From Longimicrobiales bacterium (GTDB lineage: Bacteria > Gemmatimonadota > Gemmatimonadetes > Longimicrobiales > Gaopeijiaceae): a stretch of DNA of 64,000 bases. Positions 1 through 10,156 of this stretch are shown one piece after another. Numbering within the stretch: the first letter of the stretch is position 1; the number at the start of each line of letters is the position of its first letter. Location of the stretch: assembly GCA_965116905.1 (NCBI GenBank), contig OZ220732.1, positions 3,136,001 through 3,200,000 of the forward strand, in the 5' to 3' direction. The notes under the pieces are model-generated. The model had not been told where the DNA came from. It searched no databases and saw only the letters and a program-made list of their open reading frames with translations. The position numbers and the translations under genes are program-made.

Positions 1-945
1 GTCGACGATGGCCGTGACCACCTGCCGCGCGGAGTCCGAGACGACCTTCGCCACCCGGGCCGGGGCAAGCGCCCGCCGCGCGAAGATCTCCGGATCCGGG
101 TGCCATGGCACGATGTCGATGCGCTCGCCGCCCAGCTCCGACACGACAGCCTGCACGCGCGACCCCTTGAGCCCCACGCACGCGCCCACCGGATCGATGG
201 AATCGTCCCGGCTGTGCACGGCGATCTTGCTCCGTCCTCCGACCTCGCGGGTGAGCTCCTTGATCTCGACGATCCCCTGCTGGATCTCGGGGACCTCGAG
301 GTTGAACAGCGCCGCGACGAAAAGCGGGTCCGAGCGGGAGAAGATCAGCCGGGGGCCCTTCGGGGTCTCATCGACCTTCTTGAGCACGGCCCGGATGGAT
401 TCGCCCTGGCGGAAGCGTTCGCGGGGGTTCTGTTCCTTCCAGGGAATGATCGCCTCGGCCTCCCTGGTGCGGTTCAGCAGCAGCACGATCTTGCCGCGCT
501 CGATCTGCTGCACCTCACCCGAGAGCAGATCGCCCACCCGGTCGGCGTATTCGTCCCGGATGCGCTGGCGCTCGCCCTCGCGAACCAGCTGCACGATGCG
601 CTGCTTGGCGGCCATCACGGCGTTGCGCCCGAACTCGGAGAAGTCCACGGGGATCTCCATGACGTCCCCCACCTCGTAGGTGGGATCGTCCCAGCGGGCC
701 TCCTCGACTGAAATCTCCGACGACTCGTCCTCGACCGTCTCGACCACCCGCTTCAGCACCAGCATGTCGATCGCGCCGGTATGCTGGTCCACATCGATCT
801 CGGTGTCGACATTGGCGCCGAATATCCGCGCCAGACCGGCGTGGATGGCTTCCTTGACCAGCAGGTCCACCTCGTCGGCGTCGAGGCTCTTGGCCTTGGC
901 GATCGCGCCGACGGCCTGACCGATCAGAGAGGAGTCCGTCATCAT
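1..945 (-). CDS. nusA: Transcription termination/antitermination factor NusA (C-terminus runs off window)
   Basis: Not in ORF track; manual translation from ATG 945: MMTDSSLIGQAV...FGRNAVMAAKQRIVQ...GGRSKIAVHSRDDSIDPVGACVGLKGSRVQAVVSELGGERIDIVPW (S1/KH signature); overlaps rimP stop. Confidence 0.97.
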   Translation of the reverse strand, partial: MMTDSSLIGQAVGAIAKAKSLDADEVDLLVKEAIHAGLARIFGANVDTEIDVDQHTGAIDMLVLKRVVETVEDESSEISVEEARWDDPTYEVGDVMEIPVDFSEFGRNAVMAAKQRIVQLVREGERQRIRDEYADRVGDLLSGEVQQIERGKIVLLLNRTREAEAIIPWKEQNPRERFRQGESIRAVLKKVDETPKGPRLIFSRSDPLFVAALFNLEVPEIQQGIVEIKELTREVGGRSKIAVHSRDDSIDPVGACVGLKGSRVQAVVSELGGERIDIVPWHPDPEIFARRALAPARVAKVVSDSARQVVTAIVD

Positions 946-1433
946 GCACTCCATTCGTGGACCAGGCGTGCCTTGGCAACGCGTGAACGCGGAACCTCGA
1001 TTTCGTGACCGCCGCTCAGCCGCAACAGGATCGACCCGGTCCCCTCGTCGCCGGCGGCGAATCCCATGAGGGTCCCCTCGATCCGCGAAGCGTCACCCGA
1101 CAGCGGTGCGGTTCCCTGTACGGCGATCTTCCGCCCGCGAAACCGGCGAAAGTCCCGGGCGCGGGTCAGCGGGCGCTCGAGCCCGGGCGAAGACACCTCG
1201 AGCACGTAGCGATCGGGTATCCTGGCGTCCGAGTCGAGCCAGGCCTCCATGCCGCGGCTCACGGCCGTGCAGTCACTTAGGGAGACGGGCCGGTCGAGCG
1301 CGGCGCGCTCCACGCGAAGCCTGATGACCGGACGATGAGCGCGACCCGCCCACTCGACCTGCACCAGATCGTACCCCAGGCGGGAAAGTCGCTCCTCGAA
1401 CTCCCGCTGAAGCTCGGTCCGGCTCGCATTCAC
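942..1433 (-). CDS. rimP: Ribosome maturation factor RimP
   Basis: YVLEVSSPGLERPL motif; directly upstream of nusA; GTG start at 1433 after AGGGTG RBS. Confidence 0.96.
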   Translation of the reverse strand: MNASRTELQREFEERLSRLGYDLVQVEWAGRAHRPVIRLRVERAALDRPVSLSDCTAVSRGMEAWLDSDARIPDRYVLEVSSPGLERPLTRARDFRRFRGRKIAVQGTAPLSGDASRIEGTLMGFAAGDEGTGSILLRLSGGHEIEVPRSRVAKARLVHEWSA

Positions 1434-1453
1434 GTCGATCACCCTTTCATCAA

Positions 1454-1500
1454 CGGACAAAAAAACGGACAAAAAAAGCGGGGGATGCCATCTCCCCCAC
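1454..1500 (-). terminator. rimP-leader hairpin with U-tract (attenuator-like)
   Basis: Minus strand GTGGGGGA-GATGGCA-TCCCCCGC followed by TTTTTTTGTCCG twice; lies between promoter and rimP start. Confidence 0.75.
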
Positions 1501-1536
1501 CTGGAAAGGCCGCAGCGGCCCGTCAGCCACCAAGGT

Positions 1537-1566
1537 ATTATAGCTGTGACGGACTTCGCCGGTCAA
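1537..1566 (-). promoter_or_regulatory. sigma70-type promoter of rimP-nusA
   Basis: TTGACC(1566-1561)-N18-TATAAT(1542-1537) on minus strand. Confidence 0.7.
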
Positions 1567-2840
1567 TCACGGCGCTCGATGCACGCGCCAAGGGCCCTGA
1601 GACGTTCGTCGATCCGCTCGTAACCCCGTTCGATCTGGCCCACATTGCGGATACGGCTCTGCCCGGTTGCGCCCAGTGCGGCAATCAGGATCGCCATGCC
1701 GGCGCGAATGTCGGGGCTCTCCAGCCGGGCGCCCCGCAGCTGTGACGGGCCGACGACCACCACGCGGTGGGGGTCGCACAGTATGATGCGCGCGCCCATG
1801 GATACGAGCTTGTCCGTAAAGAACATCCGCGATTCGAACATCTTCTCGTGGATCACGATCGTCCCGCGGGCCCGGGTGGCCGCGACCACCGCAATCGACG
1901 TGAGATCCGCCGGAAACGCGGGCCACGGGCCGTCGTCGACCTTGGGCACGTGCCCGTAGGCGTCCATCCGGATGACCGGCTGTTCGCGCCCGTCGACGAT
2001 CAGGTCCCGCCCGCGGGGCTCACAATCGATCCCGAGGCGCCGGAAACCGATGAGGATGGAGTCGAGATGCTCCAACGGCGCATCCTCGATCACGAGTCGA
2101 CTCCTCGTGACCGCGGCGAGGCCGATGAACGACCCCGTCTCCACGTGATCCGCCCCGATCGTGTAGTCGGCACCGCCGAGCGAGGGCGCACCGCGAATGA
2201 GCAGATTGGACGTCCCGATGCCCGATATCCGTGCCCCCATCGCGTTCAGCAGATGGCACAGGTCCTGGACATGGGGTTCGGCCGCGGCGTTTCTGATGAC
2301 CGTCTCGCCCTCGGCCAGGGAGGCCGCCATGACGGCGTTTTCGGTCGCGGTCACGGAGGGCTCGTCGAGGAACATGTCGGTGCCCGCGAGCGAGGGTGCG
2401 CGGATGTCGAGGCCGGAGGAGGTCTCGACTTCGGCCCCGAGCGCTCGGAAGGCGAGAAGATGCGTGTCCAGGCGGCGGCGGCCGATTACGTCCCCGCCCG
2501 GGGGAGGGAGTGAGAGCGAGCCGAAGCGGGCCAGAAGGGGGCCGGCCAGCAGAATCGAGGCCCGGATGCGTTCAGCCAGCCCGGGGTCGAGTTCACCCGC
2601 GGCGGCGTTGGCGGCGTCGACCCGGACCTGATTGGCTCCGGTCCATGCGACATCGGCGCCCAGCGAGTCCATGATCTGCAGCAGGGTGGCGACGTCACGG
2701 ATGCGGGGGACGTTGCGAACGGTGACGGGCTCGGTGGACATGAGGGTCGCGGCAAGCACCGGAAGGGCCGCATTCTTGTTTCCGCAAGGCCGGATGGTCC
2801 CGCTCAGTTCCCGTCCGCCGGTCACGATGAAGGATGGCAT
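1563..2840 (-). CDS. murA: UDP-N-acetylglucosamine 1-carboxyvinyltransferase (Cys->Asp type)
   Basis: GNKNAALP, RASIL, LPPPGGDVIGRR, MFESR, SPDIRAG, ERGYE motifs. Confidence 0.97.
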   Translation of the reverse strand: MPSFIVTGGRELSGTIRPCGNKNAALPVLAATLMSTEPVTVRNVPRIRDVATLLQIMDSLGADVAWTGANQVRVDAANAAAGELDPGLAERIRASILLAGPLLARFGSLSLPPPGGDVIGRRRLDTHLLAFRALGAEVETSSGLDIRAPSLAGTDMFLDEPSVTATENAVMAASLAEGETVIRNAAAEPHVQDLCHLLNAMGARISGIGTSNLLIRGAPSLGGADYTIGADHVETGSFIGLAAVTRSRLVIEDAPLEHLDSILIGFRRLGIDCEPRGRDLIVDGREQPVIRMDAYGHVPKVDDGPWPAFPADLTSIAVVAATRARGTIVIHEKMFESRMFFTDKLVSMGARIILCDPHRVVVVGPSQLRGARLESPDIRAGMAILIAALGATGQSRIRNVGQIERGYERIDERLRALGACIERRD

Positions 2841-2923
2841 GGGTGGAAGATACCGCTGGATCGGTTTCCACTGAAGGGCCATATTTGGCCGGGACCAGCA
2901 GCGACTTCATCCGGTGGCCACGC

Positions 2924-3454
2924 ATGCTTCTGCACCTCGCACCAGCGCTTCAGGACACGACCGTCGTCACGGTTGCCAGGGACGGGCTCGGGGTGGTCTC
3001 GGCCTGGATGACCCTGGGCATCGGAGTCGCGTTCGCGGCCATCCTGATCGTTCTCCTTCTCGTCCTTTCCGAACTGCGGCTCCTTTCCCGCACGTGGACC
3101 GGCTTCCTGCGCACGACGACCGAGCGGTCCATCCCGCTGGTGGAGCACGCCAACAACGCCGCGCAGAACCTGGAGCGGATCACGGAGGTTGTACGCTCCG
3201 AGGTAGACCGTTTCGACGGAGCGGTCGGTGACGTCGCGGATGACATCGGCAAGGCCGCGGAAGATGTCAAGCGACGCGTCGCGGACCTTTCGGCCCTGCT
3301 CGACCTTGCGCAGTCCGAGGCCGAGGACGCCGTGCTGGACGCCGCGGCCGCGGTCAGGATGCTCCGCAAGGGCACCGCGTTGCTGCGGGGCCAGGACGCG
3401 CCGGCGGAAGACCGCGCCGAAGCGTCCCCCGACAACCGGGAAGATTCCGACTAG
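2924..3454 (+). CDS. Hypothetical single-TM coiled-coil protein (DUF948/YoxC-like)
   Basis: One TM helix followed by amphipathic heptad-rich region; family call tentative. Confidence 0.55.
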   Translation: MLLHLAPALQDTTVVTVARDGLGVVSAWMTLGIGVAFAAILIVLLLVLSELRLLSRTWTGFLRTTTERSIPLVEHANNAAQNLERITEVVRSEVDRFDGAVGDVADDIGKAAEDVKRRVADLSALLDLAQSEAEDAVLDAAAAVRMLRKGTALLRGQDAPAEDRAEASPDNREDSD

Positions 3455-5748
3455 AAGTAGTCCCGCTCCAGGGCCGCGTAACGCACCAGCAGCTTCTTCC
3501 TTCCCGCGCTGTCGAAATCGACGGTCACCCTGAGGTCCCGGCCGAAGCCCGACAGCTCGGCGATGGTACCGGACCCGAATGTCTGGTGAAGCACGCGTTC
3601 ACCCTTCACGTAGCGCGGGCGGTCCTGGTTGAAGCCCGGCTCCGCTTCGCCGCCGACCGCGGGCGCAGGCGGATCCGCCGTCCGCTCGCGGCGTGGCCGA
3701 CCGGCCCAGTCCCATCGTACCCGCTGTGTGACCCTGGTCTCGAGACTGTCCGCCAGAACGTCCAGAAACGACGAGAGCGTCCCGTAGAGAACCTCCCCCG
3801 CCCGCCGACGCCTTCGGGCATGCGTCAGATACAGCCTGTCCCGGGCGCGCGTCATGCCGACATAGAGAAGCCGCCGTTCCTCCTCGAGCGACCTGGCGTC
3901 GTCGTACGCCCGCGACAGCGGGAAGAGCCCCTCCTCCATGCCGCCGATGAACACCACTGGGAACTCCAGTCCCTTGGCGCTGTGAATGGTCATGAGGGTC
4001 ACCGCGTCGGCGGCCGCATCGTGGCGGTCCACGTCCGCAACCAGCGCGACATGCTGTAGAAACAGGTCGAGGTCGGCAAAGCCATCGTATTCACCTTCAT
4101 CGACATCGAGCACCGCAACCGCGTCGAAATCATGGGCGGCTGCGATCAGTTCCCGCACATTCTCGGCGCGGTCGTCCCCGTCCGGTCCATCGCCACGCAG
4201 GAGCATGACGATGTCCAGTTCCTCAATCAGGTCCTCCATGACTTCGCCAGCGGTCCGCTCCGCCGTCAGCGCCGAATAGCGGCGGATCAATCCCGCAAAC
4301 GCGAGGAGGCCACGACGGGCACCCGGAGGCAGATCGCGGATCTCATCGGCCCGGCCGGCCGCCTCGAGCAGGCCAAGCCCGGCCTCGCTTGCGAAAGCGG
4401 ACAGGCGCGCCAGGCTCTTCGCGCCGATCCCCCGACGCGGATAGTTCACCACGCGATCAAACGCATCCATGTCGAGGGGGTTGACTACGAGGCGAAGGTA
4501 GGCCAGGACGTCCTGAATCTCGCGACGTTCGTAGAATCGCACGCCGCCGACGATCTGGTAGGGCAGTCCGCGCCGCCTGAATCGATCCTCCAGGGCCCGG
4601 GACTGCGCGTTGGTGCGGTACAGCACTGCGAAGTCACGGTGATGGCGGTCCGGATCGGCGAGCATGAGGCGTTCGATCTCTTCCACGATCCACCGCGCCT
4701 CGTCACCCTCATCCCGTGCCTCGAGGCAGATTACGGGTGCGCCTCCGCCGCGCTCCGTGCGAAGCGTCTTCCGCTTTCGCTCGGAGTTCTCGCCGATTAC
4801 CGCGTTCGCAGCCCGCAGGATCACGGAGGTCGAGCGGTAGTTCTGCTCCAGGCGTACCACTCGGGCGTTCGGAAAGCTGTGCTCGAAGTCGAGGATGTTG
4901 CGGATGTCCGCGCCCCGCCAACCGTAGATGCTCTGGTCGTCGTCACCCACGACCATGAGGTTCCCGTGCTCGGAGGCCAGGAGTTCCAGGAATCGGAACT
5001 GCGCATGGTTGGTGTCCTGATATTCGTCCACAAGGATGAAGGCGAAACGCTCCTGATAGCGCCGCAGGAGTTCCGGGTCGCGCTCCAGGAGGCGCACGGG
5101 AAGGACCAACAGGTCGTCGAAGTCCATGGCATCCTGCTTGCGGAGCGCATCCTGATACGCGGGATAGACGAGCGCGACGCGTCTCATGAACAGATCCCCG
5201 CTGTCGCCGTAGGCCTCCGCGAAACGTTCGGCGCCGACCAGTTGGTTCTTGGCCTCCGATATCCGCTCGCGCACCGATCTCGGCGACCACCGCTGCGGGT
5301 TCACGTCCACGCTTTTCTGGACCTTCTTCACTTCGCGCAGCGATTGCTCGGCGTCCCGGATCGTGAAGCCCCGCGTCCAGCCGACGCGCGGGGCGTGGCG
5401 ACGGAGGAGGCGGGCTCCGATGGCGTGAAAGGTCCCCATCCAGATTCCCCGCGGCTCGCGCCCCAGCAATCCGACGACCCTATCCCGCATTTCCCCGGCC
5501 GCCTTGTTCGTAAAGGTGACGGCCATGATGCGGTCCGGGGGCACCCCATGCTTCAGGATCAGGTTGCACACCCGTGTGGTGAGAACCCGGGTCTTGCCCG
5601 ATCCCGCGCCGGCCAGCACCAGGCCGGGGCCTTCAAAGTGCTCGACAGCCTCTTGCTGTTCGGGGTTGAGATCGGGCGCGAGGAACGCCGGCTCCTGCAA
5701 CCGGCCTTCGCTCGAGCGAGCATCCAGCGGCCTGGAATCCGCGCTCAC
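3451..5748 (-). CDS. pcrA: UvrD/PcrA ATP-dependent DNA helicase
   Basis: AGAGSGKT, VDEYQD, GDDDQSIYGWRGA, LEQNYRS, TIHSAKGLEF motifs and C-terminal Tudor-like domain; GTG start overlaps upstream stop. Confidence 0.95.
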   Translation of the reverse strand: MSADSRPLDARSSEGRLQEPAFLAPDLNPEQQEAVEHFEGPGLVLAGAGSGKTRVLTTRVCNLILKHGVPPDRIMAVTFTNKAAGEMRDRVVGLLGREPRGIWMGTFHAIGARLLRRHAPRVGWTRGFTIRDAEQSLREVKKVQKSVDVNPQRWSPRSVRERISEAKNQLVGAERFAEAYGDSGDLFMRRVALVYPAYQDALRKQDAMDFDDLLVLPVRLLERDPELLRRYQERFAFILVDEYQDTNHAQFRFLELLASEHGNLMVVGDDDQSIYGWRGADIRNILDFEHSFPNARVVRLEQNYRSTSVILRAANAVIGENSERKRKTLRTERGGGAPVICLEARDEGDEARWIVEEIERLMLADPDRHHRDFAVLYRTNAQSRALEDRFRRRGLPYQIVGGVRFYERREIQDVLAYLRLVVNPLDMDAFDRVVNYPRRGIGAKSLARLSAFASEAGLGLLEAAGRADEIRDLPPGARRGLLAFAGLIRRYSALTAERTAGEVMEDLIEELDIVMLLRGDGPDGDDRAENVRELIAAAHDFDAVAVLDVDEGEYDGFADLDLFLQHVALVADVDRHDAAADAVTLMTIHSAKGLEFPVVFIGGMEEGLFPLSRAYDDARSLEEERRLLYVGMTRARDRLYLTHARRRRRAGEVLYGTLSSFLDVLADSLETRVTQRVRWDWAGRPRRERTADPPAPAVGGEAEPGFNQDRPRYVKGERVLHQTFGSGTIAELSGFGRDLRVTVDFDSAGRKKLLVRYAALERDYF

Positions 5749-7022
5749 GGGCCGCCGCGCCGGCGCGGATCCGCTCCGCGATGTCCGTGGCCACGGGTCT
5801 CCGGCGCTCGTGGCAGCCTCGCCTGAAAGGTGACGCCACGCTCGCCGCGGTCCAGGAGTTCGAGCTTGCCACGGTGAACGCCTTCGACGATTCGCCGCGT
5901 CAAGGTCAGCCCGACGCCCCATCCACCGGATTTGGTAGTGACTCCGGGGTCGAACAGGCGGTCACGGATCTCGAACGGCACTCCCGGACCCGTGTCCCGG
6001 ATCTGAAGCACGACCCAGCTGTCCTCGGCGGGCCGGGCGGACAGCGTGATCGAGCCTCCGGTGCCCGCCATCGCGTCGAGGGCGTTCTTCACGACGTTCT
6101 CCAGGGCCCACGCCAGGAGGACCTCATGGCCGAGAATGTCCGGCAGGTCGTCGGGCACCTGTACGTGCAGGGCGACACCGGGCCCCAGCCGAGGCAGCCG
6201 CGCCTCCATGTAGGCCCGCAATTCCGAGATCACGTCCCGGAGCGAGACACGCTTGAGTTCCGGATCCCTTCCGATGAGTTCGAAGCGTCGGCTCACCCGC
6301 TCGAGGCGCACCAGGTCTTCGCCGATGGCGGTGGCGATCTCGAGCTGGTGCATGTCGCCGGGACGTTCGGTGGGTGACAGCCCCAGCACCTCCACCCATC
6401 CCTGCAGCGAACTGATCGGGGTACCCAGCTGGTGTGCGAGCTCGCGGGCCATCGCCGTCCACGCCTGTTCGGCGGCGGCGCGGCGCTGGTAACGGAAGAC
6501 GGCGACCGCCAGCAGCACCGTGAGCAGCAAGCCCGACGCCCACAGGAAGGGCATCCACTGGAGCCGCGCGGCCTCCGGCGTGATGCCGTAGTGGACCAGC
6601 TGGCTCGCCGGGTCTCCCACGGGAGGGTTGCGGGCATCGAGTTCGTCGGCGTAGCGGAGGATGCGCTCGATCTCGTCCACCGTGGGTGGGTCCGCAACCT
6701 CGAACGGCAGGTTGGCCGAGGTGTTGTACTGGCGGCCGGGCTCGGAGGTCACGACGAAGGGAACCCCGAGTGCCACGAGTTCCCGCTGAAGATTGGTGAG
6801 CGCCGCCAGTTCGGCCCCGGTCTCCTGGCTTGTCAGCCCTCGTTGGACCTGGGCATAGATTCGCGTGAACGTTTCCGCGTCGGCCTGGCGGGATCGCACG
6901 ATCTGCAGCGTGGTCACCAGGTACCAGGCCAGCAGGGTGACGAAGAGGATGGCCAGCGCGATCGGCCAGGTTCGGGCCCTGGCTCCGCCGGATTCCCTTT
7001 TGGGACCTGTTCGCCTGATCAT
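5745..7022 (-). CDS. Membrane sensor histidine kinase
   Basis: Two TMs, H-box ELAHQLGTP, N-box ENVVKNALDA, DTGPG, GWGVGL. Confidence 0.92.
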   Translation of the reverse strand: MIRRTGPKRESGGARARTWPIALAILFVTLLAWYLVTTLQIVRSRQADAETFTRIYAQVQRGLTSQETGAELAALTNLQRELVALGVPFVVTSEPGRQYNTSANLPFEVADPPTVDEIERILRYADELDARNPPVGDPASQLVHYGITPEAARLQWMPFLWASGLLLTVLLAVAVFRYQRRAAAEQAWTAMARELAHQLGTPISSLQGWVEVLGLSPTERPGDMHQLEIATAIGEDLVRLERVSRRFELIGRDPELKRVSLRDVISELRAYMEARLPRLGPGVALHVQVPDDLPDILGHEVLLAWALENVVKNALDAMAGTGGSITLSARPAEDSWVVLQIRDTGPGVPFEIRDRLFDPGVTTKSGGWGVGLTLTRRIVEGVHRGKLELLDRGERGVTFQARLPRAPETRGHGHRGADPRRRGGP

Positions 7023-7061
7023 TCGATCTCTGTTCCTGTCGCCGACCCCCGCCCGCCGGCG

Positions 7062-8345
7062 CTATCCCCCAGGTCGGATCTCGACGCATCCGACCACCGG
7101 AGCAAGTACGTCCGGGAGACGGACCGAACCGTCCGGCTGCTGATAGGTCTCGAGCAGCGCGACCATCAGCCGCGGCAAGGCCAGCGCCGAGCCGTTGAGC
7201 GTATGGGCGAACTCCGTTCCCGCGCCCTGTGTCCGTCGAAACCTGATGTTCGCCCGCCGAGCCTGAAAGTCGCTGAACGTGGAGCAGCTCGAAACCTCCA
7301 GCCATTGACCGACTCCGGGGGCCCATACCTCCAGGTCGTAGGTGAGGGACGCCGAGAAGCCCAGATCTCCGGCCGCGAGCAGCACGACCCTGTAGGACAG
7401 GCCGAGAAGCTCCAGCACCCTGGCCGCATCGCCGGTAAGTTCGTCAAGTGCCGCAGGCGCCGCCTGAGGAGTCTCGAAACGGACCAGCTCCACCTTGTCG
7501 AACTGGTGGACCCTGAGCATGCCCCTGGTGTCCTTTCCGGCCGCCCCGGCCTCCCTCCTGAAGCACGGCGAATACGCCACGTATTTCCTTGGCAGAGAAT
7601 CACCGCGGAGAATCTCGCCGCTGTGCAGATTGGTGACCGGCACCTCGGCCGTGGGAATGAGCCACAAGCCGTCCCTCCGCGTCACATACGACTCCTCGGC
7701 GAATTTCGGAAGCTGTCCCGTCCCGGTCATCGCCTCCTGCTTGACCAGGTAGGGGACCCGCAGTTCCAGGTATCCGTGCTCCGCCGCATGCAACTCGATC
7801 ATCCAGTCGATCAGGCGTCGCTGCAACGCCGCCCCCCGGCCCCGCAGGACGTAGAAGCCGGACCCCGAGACCTTCCCTCCCCCGGCGAGATCCAGGATCC
7901 CCAGCGAGGAGCCCAGCTCCCAGTGCGGCTTCGCATCGAAGGAAAGCCTGGCCGGCTGACCCCAACTCCGCACGATCCGGTTGCACTCCACGCCGCCCTC
8001 CGGCACCCTGGCATCCGGAAGATTCGGAATGACCGCCAGGGCCTCGGCGATCCGGTCGTCGGCCGCGGCCACGACCGCGTCCAGGTCGTCGATGCGCGCG
8101 CCTACCTCGCGCATTCGCGCAATCTCGACGGAGGCATCGCCCCCCTCGCGCCTGACCTCGCCGATGCGTTTCGAGACCCGGTTGCGGAGGGACTTGAGCT
8201 CGTTGACCTCTCCCAGCGCCTCGCGCCTCGCACGGTCGCGTTCAAGGAGCCCGGCCACCGTCTCGGGCGCGTCCGGCAATCCCCGGCGCGCAAGCGCTAT
8301 GGTTACGCCCTCGGGATCGCGGCGCAATCGCCTGATGTCCAGCAT
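7062..8345 (-). CDS. serS: Serine--tRNA ligase
   Basis: MLDIRRLR start, LIPTAEVP, CFRREAG, RVHQFDKVE, EVSSCS, HTLNGSALA. Confidence 0.97.
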   Translation of the reverse strand: MLDIRRLRRDPEGVTIALARRGLPDAPETVAGLLERDRARREALGEVNELKSLRNRVSKRIGEVRREGGDASVEIARMREVGARIDDLDAVVAAADDRIAEALAVIPNLPDARVPEGGVECNRIVRSWGQPARLSFDAKPHWELGSSLGILDLAGGGKVSGSGFYVLRGRGAALQRRLIDWMIELHAAEHGYLELRVPYLVKQEAMTGTGQLPKFAEESYVTRRDGLWLIPTAEVPVTNLHSGEILRGDSLPRKYVAYSPCFRREAGAAGKDTRGMLRVHQFDKVELVRFETPQAAPAALDELTGDAARVLELLGLSYRVVLLAAGDLGFSASLTYDLEVWAPGVGQWLEVSSCSTFSDFQARRANIRFRRTQGAGTEFAHTLNGSALALPRLMVALLETYQQPDGSVRLPDVLAPVVGCVEIRPGG

Positions 8346-8353
8346 TCGGACCG

Positions 8354-8911
8354 CTAGTCGGGGGGAATCAGGTCGCGGCTGTTGCAGATCCGGCTCATGT
8401 CGAACTGAAACCGCACGGTTCCGGCGTCGGCATCGGTGCTGAGCGGCTCGATCTTGCCGTAGTAGTTGCAGATCGTGCCGAAGGTGCCCCGGTGCCTTCT
8501 CGTGCGGATCGCGTACACGCGCCCGGCGACGATGGGAACCGGAACGTCCGACATATAGCTGGCGGTGTCCTCGGGTGCTTCGATCGCCGAAACGAAGGTC
8601 TCTCCCTCCAGGACCGCGAGCGCCGCTTCGGATGGGATCCCCAACGCGGCCGGGGGCAGCCACACCAACGCCCCATCGCGCCTGTCCACCGCCAGGTCCC
8701 AAGCGTCGCCGGTCGTCGGCGCCTCGATCCTCACGGCGCGGCGCAGGTGGAAGTCGAACCCGGAGACCAGGTTGGGCTCGGGGAGGGACAGCGCGTACAG
8801 CCGCACCGTGTCCGGGTCCTCCACCCATCGAATCAGAAAGGGGTTGTCGTCGCACGCGGCGAGAACACCGGTGGCGCCAAGCACGACGAGGCCCAGACTA
8901 CGCATCTTCAT
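8354..8911 (-). CDS. Hypothetical lipoprotein
   Basis: Signal peptide with lipobox VLAA-C; beta-rich mature region with WDLA motif. Confidence 0.8.
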   Translation of the reverse strand: MKMRSLGLVVLGATGVLAACDDNPFLIRWVEDPDTVRLYALSLPEPNLVSGFDFHLRRAVRIEAPTTGDAWDLAVDRRDGALVWLPPAALGIPSEAALAVLEGETFVSAIEAPEDTASYMSDVPVPIVAGRVYAIRTRRHRGTFGTICNYYGKIEPLSTDADAGTVRFQFDMSRICNSRDLIPPD

Positions 8912-8917
8912 GTGTGA

Positions 8918-8996
8918 ATTCTACCCGGCGAGGTTCCGGAGTCAACTCCAATGCGTGCGCCGACGCGTTGACTTCGCGGGGGCGCGACACTAGGTT
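8918..8996. promoter_or_regulatory. Back-to-back sigma70-type promoters
   Basis: Minus: TTGACT(8945-8940)-N16-TAGAAT(8923-8918). Plus: TTGACT(8968-8973)-N17-TAGGTT(8991-8996). Confidence 0.6.
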
Positions 8997-9070
8997 CGGC
9001 GACCTTGGGCGCATCCCCAACACGGATCCCGAATACGGGAGACTCCCGGCCCTGTTGCCTGAAGGATCAC

Positions 9071-10156
9071 GTGACCTCGAACACCTCGGTCTGGGTGACC
9101 GTCCTGGCTGGCGGCGCCGGCACGCGGTTCTGGCCCCTCAGCACACCCCAACGGCCCAAACAGCTCCTGAACCTGGCGGGGCCGCAACCCCTTGTCGCCG
9201 ACACCGTCGCGCGGGTGCGGGGATTCGTTCCGCCTGGCAACATCAGGGTGCTGACCGGCGCGCACCTGGCGGAACCCATCCAGCGCGCAACCGGTCTCGG
9301 CGACGAATCTCTCCTCATCGAGACCCGGGCACGAGGCACGGGACCAGCGCTCGCCTGGGCAGCGTGGGAGATCGCGAACACCGATCCCGACGCCGTCATG
9401 ATCTCACTTCATTCCGACCACGTGGTCACGCCAACGCCCCGCTTCAGGGAAGTCCTCGCGGCCGCCGCCGAGATCGCGCGGCGAGACGACCTCCTGGTCA
9501 CCGTGGCGGTGCCGCCGGACCGTCCCGAAACCGCCTACGGCTACATCAGGCCGGGCAAGGCGCTGAGCGCGCCGAAGGGGCACACGGCCTACCGGGTCGC
9601 AGCTTTTGTCGAAAAGCCCGGTCCCGACGACGCGGCGCGCTACGTTGCCGCCGGCTACCGCTGGAATTCGGGCATTTTCGTGTGGAGAGCCGCCGTTTTC
9701 CTCGCCGAACTGCGGACCCACGCGCCCGGGATCGCCCGGGCCCTGCCCGCGCTTGAGCGTGGCGACGTCACCGCGTTCTTCGACCAGACGCAAGCCGCCA
9801 GCGTGGACGAGGCGCTCCTGGAGCGCAGCGCGAGCGTCGCCGCCATCGATGCCACCTTCGATTGGGACGACATCGGCAGCTGGGAGGCGGTCGCCCGCCT
9901 GAGTCCACCGGACGCCGACGGCAATGTCCGCGTCGGTGACGCGCACGTCGCGCGCGGCGAAGGCAATATCGTGTTCGCGGACTCGGGCCGCGTGGTGCTG
10001 TTCGGCGCAGACGACATGCTCGTGGTGCGGACGGACGATGTCACGCTCGTGATGCCCAGGTCCGAGCTGGTCCGCCTGAAGCAACACCTCAAGGACCTGC
10101 CGGCGAGAGCCGCGCGCGCGGTCGACGACGGGGGCGGTGGATCGGATCCACGGTGA
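9071..10156 (+). CDS. manC: Mannose-1-phosphate guanylyltransferase
   Basis: VLAGGAGTRFWPLS..PKQLL, ETAYGYI, FVEKP, WNSGIF, WDDIGSW; GAAGGA RBS before GTG 9071. Confidence 0.93.
   Translation: MTSNTSVWVTVLAGGAGTRFWPLSTPQRPKQLLNLAGPQPLVADTVARVRGFVPPGNIRVLTGAHLAEPIQRATGLGDESLLIETRARGTGPALAWAAWEIANTDPDAVMISLHSDHVVTPTPRFREVLAAAAEIARRDDLLVTVAVPPDRPETAYGYIRPGKALSAPKGHTAYRVAAFVEKPGPDDAARYVAAGYRWNSGIFVWRAAVFLAELRTHAPGIARALPALERGDVTAFFDQTQAASVDEALLERSASVAAIDATFDWDDIGSWEAVARLSPPDADGNVRVGDAHVARGEGNIVFADSGRVVLFGADDMLVVRTDDVTLVMPRSELVRLKQHLKDLPARAARAVDDGGGGSDPR

Noticed and set aside
1563..2840. MurA Cys->Asp (GGDVIG) as a novel resistance allele
   Set aside because: Well-known naturally fosfomycin-insensitive MurA variant
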